Shown here: piece after piece, positions 34,504 through 42,353 of the stretch
How the letters are laid out: the number at the start of each line of letters is the position of its first letter
Numbering within the stretch: the stretch's first letter is position 1
Sequence record: OM272052.1
Strand: one strand, 5' to 3'
Source: Escherichia phage fBC-Eco01
Length of the DNA stretch: 43,466 nt
Translations under genes and position numbers: made by a program
The notes under the pieces: generated by a model
Told to the model about the DNA's origin: nothing
The model's database searches: none
The model's input: only the letters and a program-made list of their open reading frames with translations

Positions 34504-36711
34504 CTATTCCAAATCCTCTTCTGTCACTATCAGCATCTCATTCGGTTCGTATATTGTCTTCGGCCTTAACCTATCTCCTATTCTTTCGGGTATACGATAT
34601 GTTCTCGGTACTACTTCGCCGTTAGCATCGCAGCCGAGCATTAGTTCACCATCTTTCAGCATTTTATCAAGATGGGTGTTAGTCACAGAAAAGTCACCGG
34701 AACGGGCCACTATCTGCTGCTGAGTAAAACCGCGACCTGTGTCATCTGACTGTTGCAGGTCTTCCAGTGCTGAAAGTATTGACTCCTTCCTTACTTCATC
34801 CCTGCCGCGTTTAACCTCTTCCTTTACTTTTTGTTTACCTTCGTTATTCAGCCCTTCTTCCCGCTCTTTCTCCTCGTCAGTTTTGAACGGCTCGAAGCCC
34901 CACGGCATCAGCACAAGCGCCTTGTGCGGCTCCGGCAGGTCGAGGTTTACTATTGTGCCGTATTCCTCTGTGCCGCCCAGGAACTCAGCCGCACGGTACT
35001 CTTTCGGCGGTGGTGCTTCACGGAACTGTACAGACTCAAGTACCATGCCAACCGTTTTCTGTTGAGGCCCGTGCTTAAATTTCGAGTGGTATACGTTTAT
35101 CTGACGGTCGGTTGCACGTTCTATTGTCAGTTCCACATCGACACCCGCATACAGCGCCCCGCTGCCACGGGCTTTCTTTCCGCCCTTCGGTGTATGGTGG
35201 ACGACGCCCACCGCGGCTTTAGTTGCGTCACGTACTTCTTTCAGGATGGCGATAACTTTACCCATGCCGATTGCCGTTGATGAACTGTTCTCGTCGAACT
35301 TATCAATCGTCAGGGCCAGTGTCTGGTTAAGGGTGTCGAACGCAACCATCCCAATTGGCTCGTCACCCGCAGTTTCTCGCATTAGCTTAATCAGGCTTTT
35401 CAGTTTGCCAACTTCGCCCATATCGATGACATGTACATAATCTTTACCTTCCTCGCCGTATTTAGCCGCGAGTGCATCAATACGGGTGCGTGTGGCAGCA
35501 CCGCCCTCACCGTCAATATAGAAATGGTGGCAACGCTGTGTATCAGCGCCTGCAAACCGGTACCCTGCGGCGCTCAGGTACATCATACCCAGCGTATAGA
35601 ATGATTTATATGTGCCGGATTCCCCGACGATGTCCCAGATGCAATCCGACGGCATGTACCCTTCAACGACGAAATCAGCCTTTACCGGTTCAGGTAACTC
35701 GTCATCGTCTTCAAGGTCTTCCAGTGTACAAGTTACAGGCTCCTCGTTCTCTGTGCGGTGCAGTTCTTCAATCTCTTCATCCGGTAAATCAGGCAGAGCC
35801 GCACGAATGCTGTTAATACTGATAGGTTGCTTGTCTACGTTAAGCTCGTCTGGGAGGCCACACATGCGCAGGGCCAAATGTTGCCGGCGGTTAAGCTCGG
35901 TGCAAGCGCCGTTGTTTGTGTGCTGACACACGAAGCGCACTTCTTTACCGTCAAGCATGATGCTGGTGGAGCCTTTTCCGGTGTGCAGGTGCTCGTTAGG
36001 GCAAGGCACTTCGTACCCACGCCCGGAAGATAAAGCGTCAAGACCAAGCTCGGCTTCGCAGAAATGCGCTATATCAGCGTTAAGCCCATGCTCATCGGCG
36101 ACAAGGGTCTTAGCTTCACGTTTACGCAGCCCCATTTCTTCGGCTTTCTTGATGTACCGCTCGGCACGGATAACACGCCCTTCTGTAACCGTTATCTTCG
36201 ACTCTTTATGCGGCAGGTAGATAAGGCGGTTGCCATCTTCTGTGCAGTGGTCGCGCAATGCTTCGTCTATTCCTAACTCTGCACAAATAGCACGTTGCAC
36301 CATCCACGCATCGTTAGAGTTAAACGGAGTACGAGCCGGAACCAGAACGCGGAATGCGTAATCACCGTTTTTACACGCGTGCTGATGCGATGCCGTTGTG
36401 TGCAGAATATTGAAGAACGGCGCGTTCTTGAATTTGCGGGTAAGGTCGCGGTACTGAGTACGGTTGAGATGGTCGAAGTCGAACTTAACCACACTGTCTT
36501 CCAGGATAGCGTTTTTACGGCGACCACCAACGGGGGCAATAGCTTTCTGCTTAATCTTGGCGGCGTCGTACTCTTCCTTAGTCCATGACGGGTCCACGGA
36601 TAAACGCTTCGATGTATCGCAGACATACTCTACGAACTGCTCCAGCGGCATTTCACGTGCTACAGGGTTTTTATCGAATGTGTTACGCAGCGTTGCAAAA
36701 ACAATATTCAT
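34504..36711 (-). CDS. DNA primase-helicase (phage-type primase plus P-loop NTPase)
   Basis: 735 aa; Zn-binding Cys/His cluster CPNEHLHTGKG...FVCQHTNNGAC; Walker A VGESGTYKS. Confidence 0.75.
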   Translation of the reverse strand: MNIVFATLRNTFDKNPVAREMPLEQFVEYVCDTSKRLSVDPSWTKEEYDAAKIKQKAIAPVGGRRKNAILEDSVVKFDFDHLNRTQYRDLTRKFKNAPFFNILHTTASHQHACKNGDYAFRVLVPARTPFNSNDAWMVQRAICAELGIDEALRDHCTEDGNRLIYLPHKESKITVTEGRVIRAERYIKKAEEMGLRKREAKTLVADEHGLNADIAHFCEAELGLDALSSGRGYEVPCPNEHLHTGKGSTSIMLDGKEVRFVCQHTNNGACTELNRRQHLALRMCGLPDELNVDKQPISINSIRAALPDLPDEEIEELHRTENEEPVTCTLEDLEDDDELPEPVKADFVVEGYMPSDCIWDIVGESGTYKSFYTLGMMYLSAAGYRFAGADTQRCHHFYIDGEGGAATRTRIDALAAKYGEEGKDYVHVIDMGEVGKLKSLIKLMRETAGDEPIGMVAFDTLNQTLALTIDKFDENSSSTAIGMGKVIAILKEVRDATKAAVGVVHHTPKGGKKARGSGALYAGVDVELTIERATDRQINVYHSKFKHGPQQKTVGMVLESVQFREAPPPKEYRAAEFLGGTEEYGTIVNLDLPEPHKALVLMPWGFEPFKTDEEKEREEGLNNEGKQKVKEEVKRGRDEVRKESILSALEDLQQSDDTGRGFTQQQIVARSGDFSVTNTHLDKMLKDGELMLGCDANGEVVPRTYRIPERIGDRLRPKTIYEPNEMLIVTEEDLE

Positions 36712-36836
36712 TTCTTTTTCTCCGCACGTTCTAAGGCTTCCTGCATACGGCGCATTGCGCGGTTCATCTTTACCGGTGCGAAGAAATCAGCGCCGTGTTT
36801 CTGGCGGCGTAGCTGTGGAACTATTAACTTTGTCAT
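36708..36836 (-). CDS. small basic protein (42 aa)
   Basis: ATG with RBS AAGGA at 7 nt; stop overlaps primase ATG. Confidence 0.3.
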   Translation of the reverse strand: MTKLIVPQLRRQKHGADFFAPVKMNRAMRRMQEALERAEKKK

Positions 36837-36876
36837 TGTATAATCCTTATGCTTACTTTGATGATTTGTACTTTAA

Positions 36877-36908
36877 CCCCAACGTTCTGGCGTTGGGGTT
36901 TCTTTTTA
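36877..36908 (+). terminator. plus-oriented intrinsic terminator-like hairpin
   Basis: CCCCAACG-TTCTGG-CGTTGGGG followed by TTTCTTTTT on the + strand, inside a - strand operon. Confidence 0.4.
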
Positions 36909-37196
36909 CCGGTTTGCTAACTCACCCAGCAAATTTTTATACTCTTCAAAATAATCCGCAACCAAATCATCGCCGAAATAGAAGTCGATATACTCGAGAT
37001 TATCTCTTACGTTAAGCGACGCCGACATGGTGCTTAGCTGGCGTAAGCTAATTAGCTTCATTTCTGTTTCTACGCAGAAAGGCCGGTAGGTATCAAGGTG
37101 GCAAGAGATGTTGAAGCATAGGGCGAACTCTCCAACCACGGAGTGAACCATATACACTTCGTTTTCTGCTTTATTGTGGAAAATTACACCTTTCAT
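36906..37196 (-). CDS. hypothetical protein
   Basis: 96 aa; ATGA overlap with upstream HTH gene. Confidence 0.5.
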   Translation of the reverse strand: MKGVIFHNKAENEVYMVHSVVGEFALCFNISCHLDTYRPFCVETEMKLISLRQLSTMSASLNVRDNLEYIDFYFGDDLVADYFEEYKNLLGELANR

Positions 37197-37375
37197 TTCA
37201 CATTCTCCTTAATCCACGCTTCAACTTTATTACGGTCAAATGTTCCTGGTAAACGGCGACCCATAACTTTAATACAGCAGTCAGGGAATTTACCACTGCG
37301 CAACCAGTTATTAATTGTCTGGCGTGTCACCCCAATACGCTCAGCTACTTCATTCTGTGTCATGTAATGTTGCAT
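37193..37375 (-). CDS. helix-turn-helix DNA-binding protein (AlpA/Xis-like)
   Basis: ATG 37375 with RBS AGGAGA at 8 nt; HTH segment TQNEVAERIGVTRQTINNWLRSGKFP. Confidence 0.55.
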   Translation of the reverse strand: MQHYMTQNEVAERIGVTRQTINNWLRSGKFPDCCIKVMGRRLPGTFDRNKVEAWIKENVK

Positions 37376-37396
37376 TTCTATATCTCCTGTTTGTTT

Positions 37397-37425
37397 GGTG
37401 GAGCTGAGTATAGGATAGCGGGGAT
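37397..37425 (-). promoter_or_regulatory. candidate promoter for leftward replication operon (TTGCTT-N17-TATACT)
   Basis: minus-strand reading TTGCTTTTACATCCCCGCTATCCTATACT, about 20 nt upstream of the HTH gene. Confidence 0.45.
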
Positions 37426-37472
37426 GTAAAAGCAACCAATCCCTGCTATATTTAATCTTTACAAAAAAGTTA

Positions 37473-37502
37473 TTGAAAGTTCTTGACACATGTTTGTATA
37501 AT
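37473..37502 (+). promoter_or_regulatory. strong sigma70-like promoter (TTGAAA-N18-TATAAT)
   Basis: perfect -10 TATAAT, good -35; no ORF downstream before terminator at 37702. Confidence 0.5.
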
Positions 37503-37508
37503 GGTTTT

Positions 37509-37729
37509 GGGACTTGTATATATTACGGAGTTGACGAACCCTCCCCGAGGGATTCGTCAACCCCTCCCAGACAACTGAGATGCTTGCCTTGGGGTTTAAG
37601 GATAAGTGTATCTAAATCTCATTTAAAGAAGTAACCCGCTGAAATATCTACTGTTTCTTAATGTGCCGTAGATTCGCAACCGTAAAAATGTAACGATTAT
37701 TGGGCAGGCTTAAGGCCTGCCCTTTAGTT
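37509..37729 (+). ncRNA. candidate ~220-nt non-coding RNA
   Basis: bounded by TTGAAA-N18-TATAAT promoter and GGGCAGGC-TTAAG-GCCTGCCC terminator; 5' region holds a 14/15-bp hairpin; no RBS-led ORF. Confidence 0.3.
37702..37729 (+). terminator. intrinsic terminator
   Basis: 8-bp GC-rich stem GGGCAGGC/GCCTGCCC followed by TTTAGTT. Confidence 0.55.
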
Positions 37730-37794
37730 ACCAAGTAATAAGAATAAAGGCACAACCTTCCCTAAAGAATCACAACGGCAACGTAACTAATCTC

Positions 37795-37823
37795 TTGCAC
37801 ACCCCAACATAATAGGATACTAT
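37795..37823 (+). promoter_or_regulatory. conserved promoter element copy D (TTGCAC-N17-TACTAT, plus-directed)
   Basis: TTGCACACCCCAACATAATAGGATACTATTCAC upstream of the rightward small-gene cluster. Confidence 0.5.
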
Positions 37824-37857
37824 TCACGTATCGGGACGAGACAGAGGAGTGAGGGTT

Positions 37858-38043
37858 GTGTTTAAGAAGGGTCAGTTGGCGAAAACTAAACGCGGCGGAC
37901 AGTACGTAATAGTTACCCAGGACGAGGATGAATTTAGTATCGCTGTAGACGTATGGGGGCTTGTACGAAAGAAACATGGTTACGCTTTCCGCGATAATTT
38001 AAAACTCATCGGCAACAATTTTAAATTCAAAGGGGCGAAGTGA
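37858..38043 (+). CDS. hypothetical protein
   Basis: GTG 37858 with RBS GAGGAG at 8 nt; 61 aa. Confidence 0.5.
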   Translation: MFKKGQLAKTKRGGQYVIVTQDEDEFSIAVDVWGLVRKKHGYAFRDNLKLIGNNFKFKGAK

Positions 38044-38282
38044 TGCAAATCATAATTACGGATAACACAGTTGCCTACGAAAAAGGTGGCGACAATACTC
38101 TGGAAAGAATAGGCGTAAATATAGGTGACGTTTTTGATGTGCTTGGTACTGTATCGGGCGGCTGGTGGATTAAGGTTGGATGCAACAAAGTGCCAGTAAC
38201 TAAGGCCGAAGCGGAAATATACACAACGGCATCGAATCATGATGCTCGTGTCGACGACTCTGAGGGAGGTTGCCGTGAATAA
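38043..38282 (+). CDS. hypothetical protein
   Basis: ATG overlapping upstream stop; 79 aa. Confidence 0.5.
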   Translation: MQIIITDNTVAYEKGGDNTLERIGVNIGDVFDVLGTVSGGWWIKVGCNKVPVTKAEAEIYTTASNHDARVDDSEGGCRE

Positions 38283-38315
38283 TATTTTAACCGTTTATGT
38301 GGTACGGGGGTTGGT

Positions 38316-38459
38316 ATGAGAGAAGCATTTGAACGGTGGGCTGTCGTCGAGGGTCTGCCGGTTAACAAAGGTTCGAAGAAAGAGTACCTGAACGTTAAGA
38401 CGCGTCTCGCGTGGCGGGCGTGGAAAGCCGGTGTGCAATATGCGATGAATACGAGGTGA
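38316..38459 (+). CDS. hypothetical small protein (47 aa)
   Basis: ATG with RBS GGGGG at 5 nt; Trp- and Lys-rich. Confidence 0.35.
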   Translation: MREAFERWAVVEGLPVNKGSKKEYLNVKTRLAWRAWKAGVQYAMNTR

Positions 38460-38462
38460 TTT

Positions 38463-38648
38463 ATGGGTGAGTGGATTAAGTGTAGTGAGCGGATGCCGGA
38501 GCCTTATGAATACGTTCTTGTAACTGATTGTTTTGTTGGCTGTGAGGTTATGCGTGTTAATTCAGATGGCTACTGGGGGCCCGCAAAGAGTTTATATCAC
38601 GGTGATATAACGCACTGGATGCCGTTACCTGAGCCGCCGGAGGTGTGA
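38463..38648 (+). CDS. DUF551-like protein
   Basis: 61 aa ending ...GDITHWMPLPEPPEV, the C-terminal signature I associate with phage DUF551 proteins. Confidence 0.5.
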   Translation: MGEWIKCSERMPEPYEYVLVTDCFVGCEVMRVNSDGYWGPAKSLYHGDITHWMPLPEPPEV

Positions 38649-38782
38649 TGTTCAATAGTTTGGGATTTTACTGAGTGACTTACGCTGCTACACAGCAGCG
38701 TACAACTTTAGATTAGTGTCGTCAAAAAGCGACACTTTCACCAAACGCAACAATCGAAGCGACTATTGCAGGAGATGCAACA

Positions 38783-38953
38783 ATGAAACTGAATGACATC
38801 GTAACCTGGACCGGTAGAAACGGAGAAAAGCGATTCGGGCTTATTGTTGCGTCAGACGGCAGCAAGTACTGCGTTATGCGATGGCGTCAGTGGGCACGAC
38901 GCCCGAGGTACTACTGGATTCGTGGCGAACGATTATCTTTAAAACACCAATAA
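38783..38953 (+). CDS. hypothetical small protein (56 aa)
   Basis: ATG with RBS AGGAGA at 8 nt; preceded by two short hairpins. Confidence 0.4.
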   Translation: MKLNDIVTWTGRNGEKRFGLIVASDGSKYCVMRWRQWARRPRYYWIRGERLSLKHQ

Positions 38954-38960
38954 AATTTAC

Positions 38961-38989
38961 TTGCACGCTGGGATAGAATAGACTACTAT
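38961..38989 (+). promoter_or_regulatory. promoter element variant (TTGCAC-N17-TACTAT, plus-directed)
   Basis: TTGCACGCTGGGATAGAATAGACTACTATTCATC; same -35/-10 and downstream TTCA as copies A-D, divergent spacer. Confidence 0.5.
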
Positions 38990-39020
38990 TCATCTACACA
39001 AACGAGAGGAGAGACAGAAG

Positions 39021-39161
39021 ATGGGTTGGTACAGTAGCTGGACATTAGGCGAGCTGGTTGATGCTTACGAAATAATGGGTAGCACTTCGGTGTGCGACGG
39101 CGACACTAAATCGCTGCTAGTCGGGGTGGGTGAGAAAAGGGGTGAAGCTGATGAGTAACAA
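39021..39161 (+). CDS. hypothetical small protein (46 aa)
   Basis: ATG with RBS GAGGAGA at 8 nt, directly downstream of promoter element. Confidence 0.3.
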
Positions 39162-39630
39162 AAACGAAGTATTCGAGTACCTGATTGACCAGTTACGGCA
39201 GCAGGTAAATAACAACCAGTGCGAAGACCTGGCGCATAAGGTGCGGTCACTTAAGAACCAGTTACATGATGCGTCGGCGCGGATTAAGGAGTTGCATAAG
39301 GCGTTGGCTATAGCTACAGGTGACGTAGGCGCTTATATAGCAGCAGAGCAATCTGGTTGCCGTAAGGAAGATACTCAGTACAACGCCTGGAGGCCGCATT
39401 ATGGCGCACGACAACCTGTGCCGGATGGGACTATGGTATTTATCCGGTATCGCAACGGGGAGGAGCCGAAACACAGTGTAGCAGCAGAAAAGCGGTCGTG
39501 GATTTGGGATGGAACATACGCAGACATAGTGGAATACAAGATTGACACACAGGAATGTGAACATGACTATCGTTTGGTTCTGTGGTGTAGCGACTTACAG
39601 CAGTGCTCTAAATGCGGGGTGATCAAATGA
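39151..39630 (+). CDS. hypothetical protein with C-terminal CEHDY...CxKCG motif
   Basis: ATG 39151 with RBS AAGGGG; 159 aa; C-terminal Cys/His cluster shared with ORF 42353..42592. Confidence 0.5.
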   Translation: MSNKNEVFEYLIDQLRQQVNNNQCEDLAHKVRSLKNQLHDASARIKELHKALAIATGDVGAYIAAEQSGCRKEDTQYNAWRPHYGARQPVPDGTMVFIRYRNGEEPKHSVAAEKRSWIWDGTYADIVEYKIDTQECEHDYRLVLWCSDLQQCSKCGVIK

Positions 39631-39830
39631 CCAGCATATTATTTATCTGGGTATTGTCCGCAGGCCAGATGCAACTAGCGGCATCAGAAACGTTTTATTC
39701 GATGGAGGCGTGCCAGTCAGCGGCACGCGCCGCAGAGAACGCGCACTTCCTGTTTCAGGGTGACAAGCCCAACGATTCAGAGGTACGCGCTATCTGCTCA
39801 CCTAAGCGACTTGGTAAACAGGAGAAGTGA
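39627..39830 (+). CDS. hypothetical protein with N-terminal signal-peptide-like segment
   Basis: ATGA overlap with upstream stop; MTSILFIWVLSAGQMQLAAS hydrophobic leader. Confidence 0.45.
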   Translation: MTSILFIWVLSAGQMQLAASETFYSMEACQSAARAAENAHFLFQGDKPNDSEVRAICSPKRLGKQEK

Positions 39831-39832
39831 TT

Positions 39833-40036
39833 ATGGTACAGAGATACTCTAAGTATGGGTCTGACAACCATTTCGGGGACCGTCACGGGGCGTGGGTTAA
39901 GTTTGAGGACTACCAGAATCTTGACCACAAGCTGTTGGAAGTTGAAGCCGAGTTGCAGAAATACAAAGACCAGTTCCCGGATTACGTCGAATGCGCGAAC
40001 TGCGGGTCAGTTACACGTGTGGAAGGGGTGGATTGA
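39833..40036 (+). CDS. hypothetical protein (paralog 1 of tandem pair)
   Basis: ATG 39833 with RBS AGGAGAAG; starts MVQRYSKYG. Confidence 0.45.
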   Translation: MVQRYSKYGSDNHFGDRHGAWVKFEDYQNLDHKLLEVEAELQKYKDQFPDYVECANCGSVTRVEGVD

Positions 40037-40230
40037 TGGTGCAGAGATATGAGGTAAAAGCGTGGGGTCTGCCAGAGCCCGAGATGGCTGAGTATGCATA
40101 CGGCGATTATGTAGAGTATGATGCTTATCTGAAACTTGAAGCAAAGTTACGTGAATTCGCTGAACAGGTAATGTACGAACCTTGTTCGAAAGTTACAGAA
40201 GAAATGGCCCGCGAGATTCTCAGAATATGA
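40036..40230 (+). CDS. hypothetical protein (paralog 2 of tandem pair)
   Basis: ATG 40036 overlapping upstream stop; starts MVQRYEVKAWG. Confidence 0.45.
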   Translation: MVQRYEVKAWGLPEPEMAEYAYGDYVEYDAYLKLEAKLREFAEQVMYEPCSKVTEEMAREILRI

Positions 40231-40520
40231 GCCTTGCAACTGACATCCTGAAACGCAGCGGCCTTGCGCCGCTGTCGCCGAGAGCAAACACTCAGATATA
40301 CAAGCGCCGCCGTAACGTGCCGTACCCAGAGATTCAGGCCAGACGTAAAGCTATCCGAGCCTGTGGATTCCAGAACGGGAAGGCCGTGAATCTCGGTGAG
40401 TTTAAAACAAAGGAACACGCGGCTATCGCTAATCGGTTATTTAATTACTGGAAATCGCTGGGATATGATGATATTCCGACGAAACCGCAGAAACGGCAAT
40501 ACATCTGGAGACATAAATAA
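40227..40520 (+). CDS. hypothetical basic protein
   Basis: ATGA overlap; 97 aa, Lys/Arg-rich. Confidence 0.45.
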   Translation: MSLATDILKRSGLAPLSPRANTQIYKRRRNVPYPEIQARRKAIRACGFQNGKAVNLGEFKTKEHAAIANRLFNYWKSLGYDDIPTKPQKRQYIWRHK

Positions 40521-40551
40521 ACCGTTATTAAGATAATTCCTAACCGTGCTA

Positions 40552-40589
40552 TCCTCCAGTTACTGCATACTTAATACGCACCTGGAGGA
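40552..40589 (+). promoter_or_regulatory. RBS-sequestering hairpin upstream of holin start
   Basis: TCCTCCAG (40552-40559) is the reverse complement of CTGGAGGA (40582-40589), which contains the holin RBS GGAGGA. Confidence 0.3.
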
Positions 40590-40595
40590 TTCATC

Positions 40596-40904
40596 TTGGA
40601 TAAATTTACTGAAACAGTGACGGGGTGGCTTCTCGCCGCCGCACTGGTCGGTGGATTGGTCGGACTAAGACAACATAAAAAGTCTATATCCGGTCCGGTC
40701 GACGGACTGGTATTTCTTCTCACCGGCTTCGCGTGTGCCATTTTCGGTGCACCTCTTGCCGCTCAATGGTTCGGTATTACCGGTGAGCGCGAGATAGCTG
40801 GCCTCGGATTCATCATTGCCATTCTCTGGATGCCTATCTATTCCCGCCTTTCTGGCATCGTATCGGGTGGCGATATTTCCCGCCCGGGAGGACCTCATGA
40901 ATGA
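40596..40904 (+). CDS. holin (putative, three predicted TM segments)
   Basis: TTG start with RBS GGAGGA at 6 nt; hydrophobic segments; directly upstream of endolysin. Confidence 0.55.
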   Translation: MDKFTETVTGWLLAAALVGGLVGLRQHKKSISGPVDGLVFLLTGFACAIFGAPLAAQWFGITGEREIAGLGFIIAILWMPIYSRLSGIVSGGDISRPGGPHE

Positions 40905-41169
40905 GTTATTCTGGTTCGGCGGTATGCTGGCAATCGGAGGCACATCGCTGTTTAATGTATATCATCCTAGCGTTGACGACGGGTTATTTGGCCGGGTGCT
41001 CTATATTCTGACCGCTATTGTCTGCGCCGCCGGGTGTATCCACCTGTTACAGGGCAGCATGTCACCGACGCTGCCTGAGACATTAATCACATTAGTTGTG
41101 CTGCGTCAGATTCGCCAGGCGTGGCTGTCGTACGGAGGATATAAGCGTGTCTCGAAATATTTCAGATAA
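40897..41169 (+). CDS. lysis-associated membrane protein (second holin/antiholin-like)
   Basis: ATG 40897 with RBS GGGAGGA; 90 aa with two hydrophobic helices; overlaps holin stop and endolysin start. Confidence 0.45.
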   Translation: MNELFWFGGMLAIGGTSLFNVYHPSVDDGLFGRVLYILTAIVCAAGCIHLLQGSMSPTLPETLITLVVLRQIRQAWLSYGGYKRVSKYFR

Positions 41170-41635
41170 TGGACTGCATTTCACCGCCGCATTTGAGGGA
41201 TTCCGCGGAACCGCGTATCGTGCTACACCAAACGAGAAGCACCTGACTATTGGGTACGGTCACTATGGGCCTGACGTAACACCAGGTAAGACCATCACCC
41301 CAGGCCAGGGCCTCCTGTTACTGAATCGTGATATGGCTAAGGCCGTAGCTGCGGTTGATGCGGCGGCACACCATTCGCTGACACAGGCCCAGTTCGACGC
41401 GGTGTGTGACCTGGTGTATAACGCAGGTGCTGGCGTTATTGCGGCTACCACCGGCACGGGTAAGGCGCTGCGCTCCGGAGATATTGCGACTCTGCGGTCT
41501 AAGTTGGCGCTGTTCATCAACCAGAACGGCAAACCGTTACTTGGCCTGCGTCGCCGTACTGCTGGTCGTCTTGCACTGTTCGACGGTAAACCGTGGCAGG
41601 AGGCGGAGGAAATCGGGCGTGCGGTGAAAGGTTGA
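41147..41635 (+). CDS. endolysin, phage lysozyme (GH24-like)
   Basis: GTG 41147 with RBS GGAGGA at 7 nt; motifs FEGFRGTAY and TIGYGH typical of T4/lambda-type lysozymes. Confidence 0.75.
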   Translation: MSRNISDNGLHFTAAFEGFRGTAYRATPNEKHLTIGYGHYGPDVTPGKTITPGQGLLLLNRDMAKAVAAVDAAAHHSLTQAQFDAVCDLVYNAGAGVIAATTGTGKALRSGDIATLRSKLALFINQNGKPLLGLRRRTAGRLALFDGKPWQEAEEIGRAVKG

Positions 41636-41701
41636 CACCTAAGATTAATCCGACGATACTTAAATCACCTCCTGTTCCATCCCTCTGCTCTCCAGTTTTA
41701 T

Positions 41702-41732
41702 CCCGGCCCTGACCCAGCCGGGATTTTTTTTA
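41702..41732 (+). terminator. intrinsic terminator after lysis genes
   Basis: CCCGGC...GCCGGG hairpin followed by an 8-T run. Confidence 0.6.
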
Positions 41733-41753
41733 TCTATTTTCTGTAATGACTAG

Positions 41754-41782
41754 TTGACTATTATCTATGACACTATTATATT
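41754..41782 (+). promoter_or_regulatory. sigma70-like promoter (TTGACT-N17-TATATT)
   Basis: good -35 and -10 at canonical spacing just downstream of the terminator. Confidence 0.5.
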
Positions 41783-41815
41783 TACTCCATCGACAACGAG
41801 AACGGAGTAGAGAAG

Positions 41816-41965
41816 ATGAAAATCACAGATATCGAAGCATTCAAAGACGCACAACTGATGGCACGTATCGCTGTTAGTAACCTGAGCGGCAATATCCCGG
41901 CGGATGCGTTCTGGTCCGCCGCGATGCAGGCACTGAAAGCAGCTTATGCAGGAGAGAAGAAATGA
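41816..41965 (+). CDS. hypothetical small protein (49 aa)
   Basis: ATG with RBS GGAG; first ORF behind promoter. Confidence 0.35.
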   Translation: MKITDIEAFKDAQLMARIAVSNLSGNIPADAFWSAAMQALKAAYAGEKK

Positions 41966-42120
41966 GCGAACAAGGTCCAGTAAGCCAACCATTACGAGTA
42001 GGCCGTAAAGTCAGTCACACACCGTTCCCGACACGCGAGGAGCTGATGAAACGTAACAGTTTCCCGGGGCCGGACAAGAACAAGTATCTCAATCGCATGT
42101 GGGGAGAGCGTAAAGAATGA
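41962..42120 (+). CDS. hypothetical small protein (52 aa)
   Basis: ATG overlapping upstream stop; basic. Confidence 0.35.
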   Translation: MSEQGPVSQPLRVGRKVSHTPFPTREELMKRNSFPGPDKNKYLNRMWGERKE

Positions 42121-42353
42121 CTGACCGTGAATACGAAAAGATGATGGTAGAGGCCGTTAACGGCGGCGTAGACGTAAGCCACGTGATGCACGTCCTGAAT
42201 ACTAAAATCGCAGTAGCGGAGCAAACGGTAAAGTCGCTTTACGAGACTCGCCGTGAACTGATTAACCGCTTCAACCTGAACAAGGGGTGCGCTATTTCTG
42301 ACGATTTCGATGGGGATTACCGAAATGGAGATTTTTATGAGGGGGCCGAATAA
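42117..42353 (+). CDS. hypothetical protein
   Basis: 78 aa; ATGA overlap with upstream ORF. Confidence 0.5.
   Translation: MTDREYEKMMVEAVNGGVDVSHVMHVLNTKIAVAEQTVKSLYETRRELINRFNLNKGCAISDDFDGDYRNGDFYEGAE

Noticed and set aside
37483-37502. TTGACA at 37483-37488 as the -35 of the ncRNA promoter
   Set aside because: Only 8 nt from the TATAAT hexamer; the upstream TTGAAA at 18-nt spacing fits sigma70 geometry instead.
37501-37578. 25-codon ATG-initiated frame at the start of the candidate ncRNA
   Set aside because: The ATG lies within the predicted -10 hexamer, so it would be upstream of the transcription start, and there is no Shine-Dalgarno sequence.
37762-37977. 71-aa minus-strand ORF overlapping promoter element D and the first rightward gene
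   Set aside because: Overlaps a conserved promoter and a plus-strand ORF with a good RBS; no RBS of its own.
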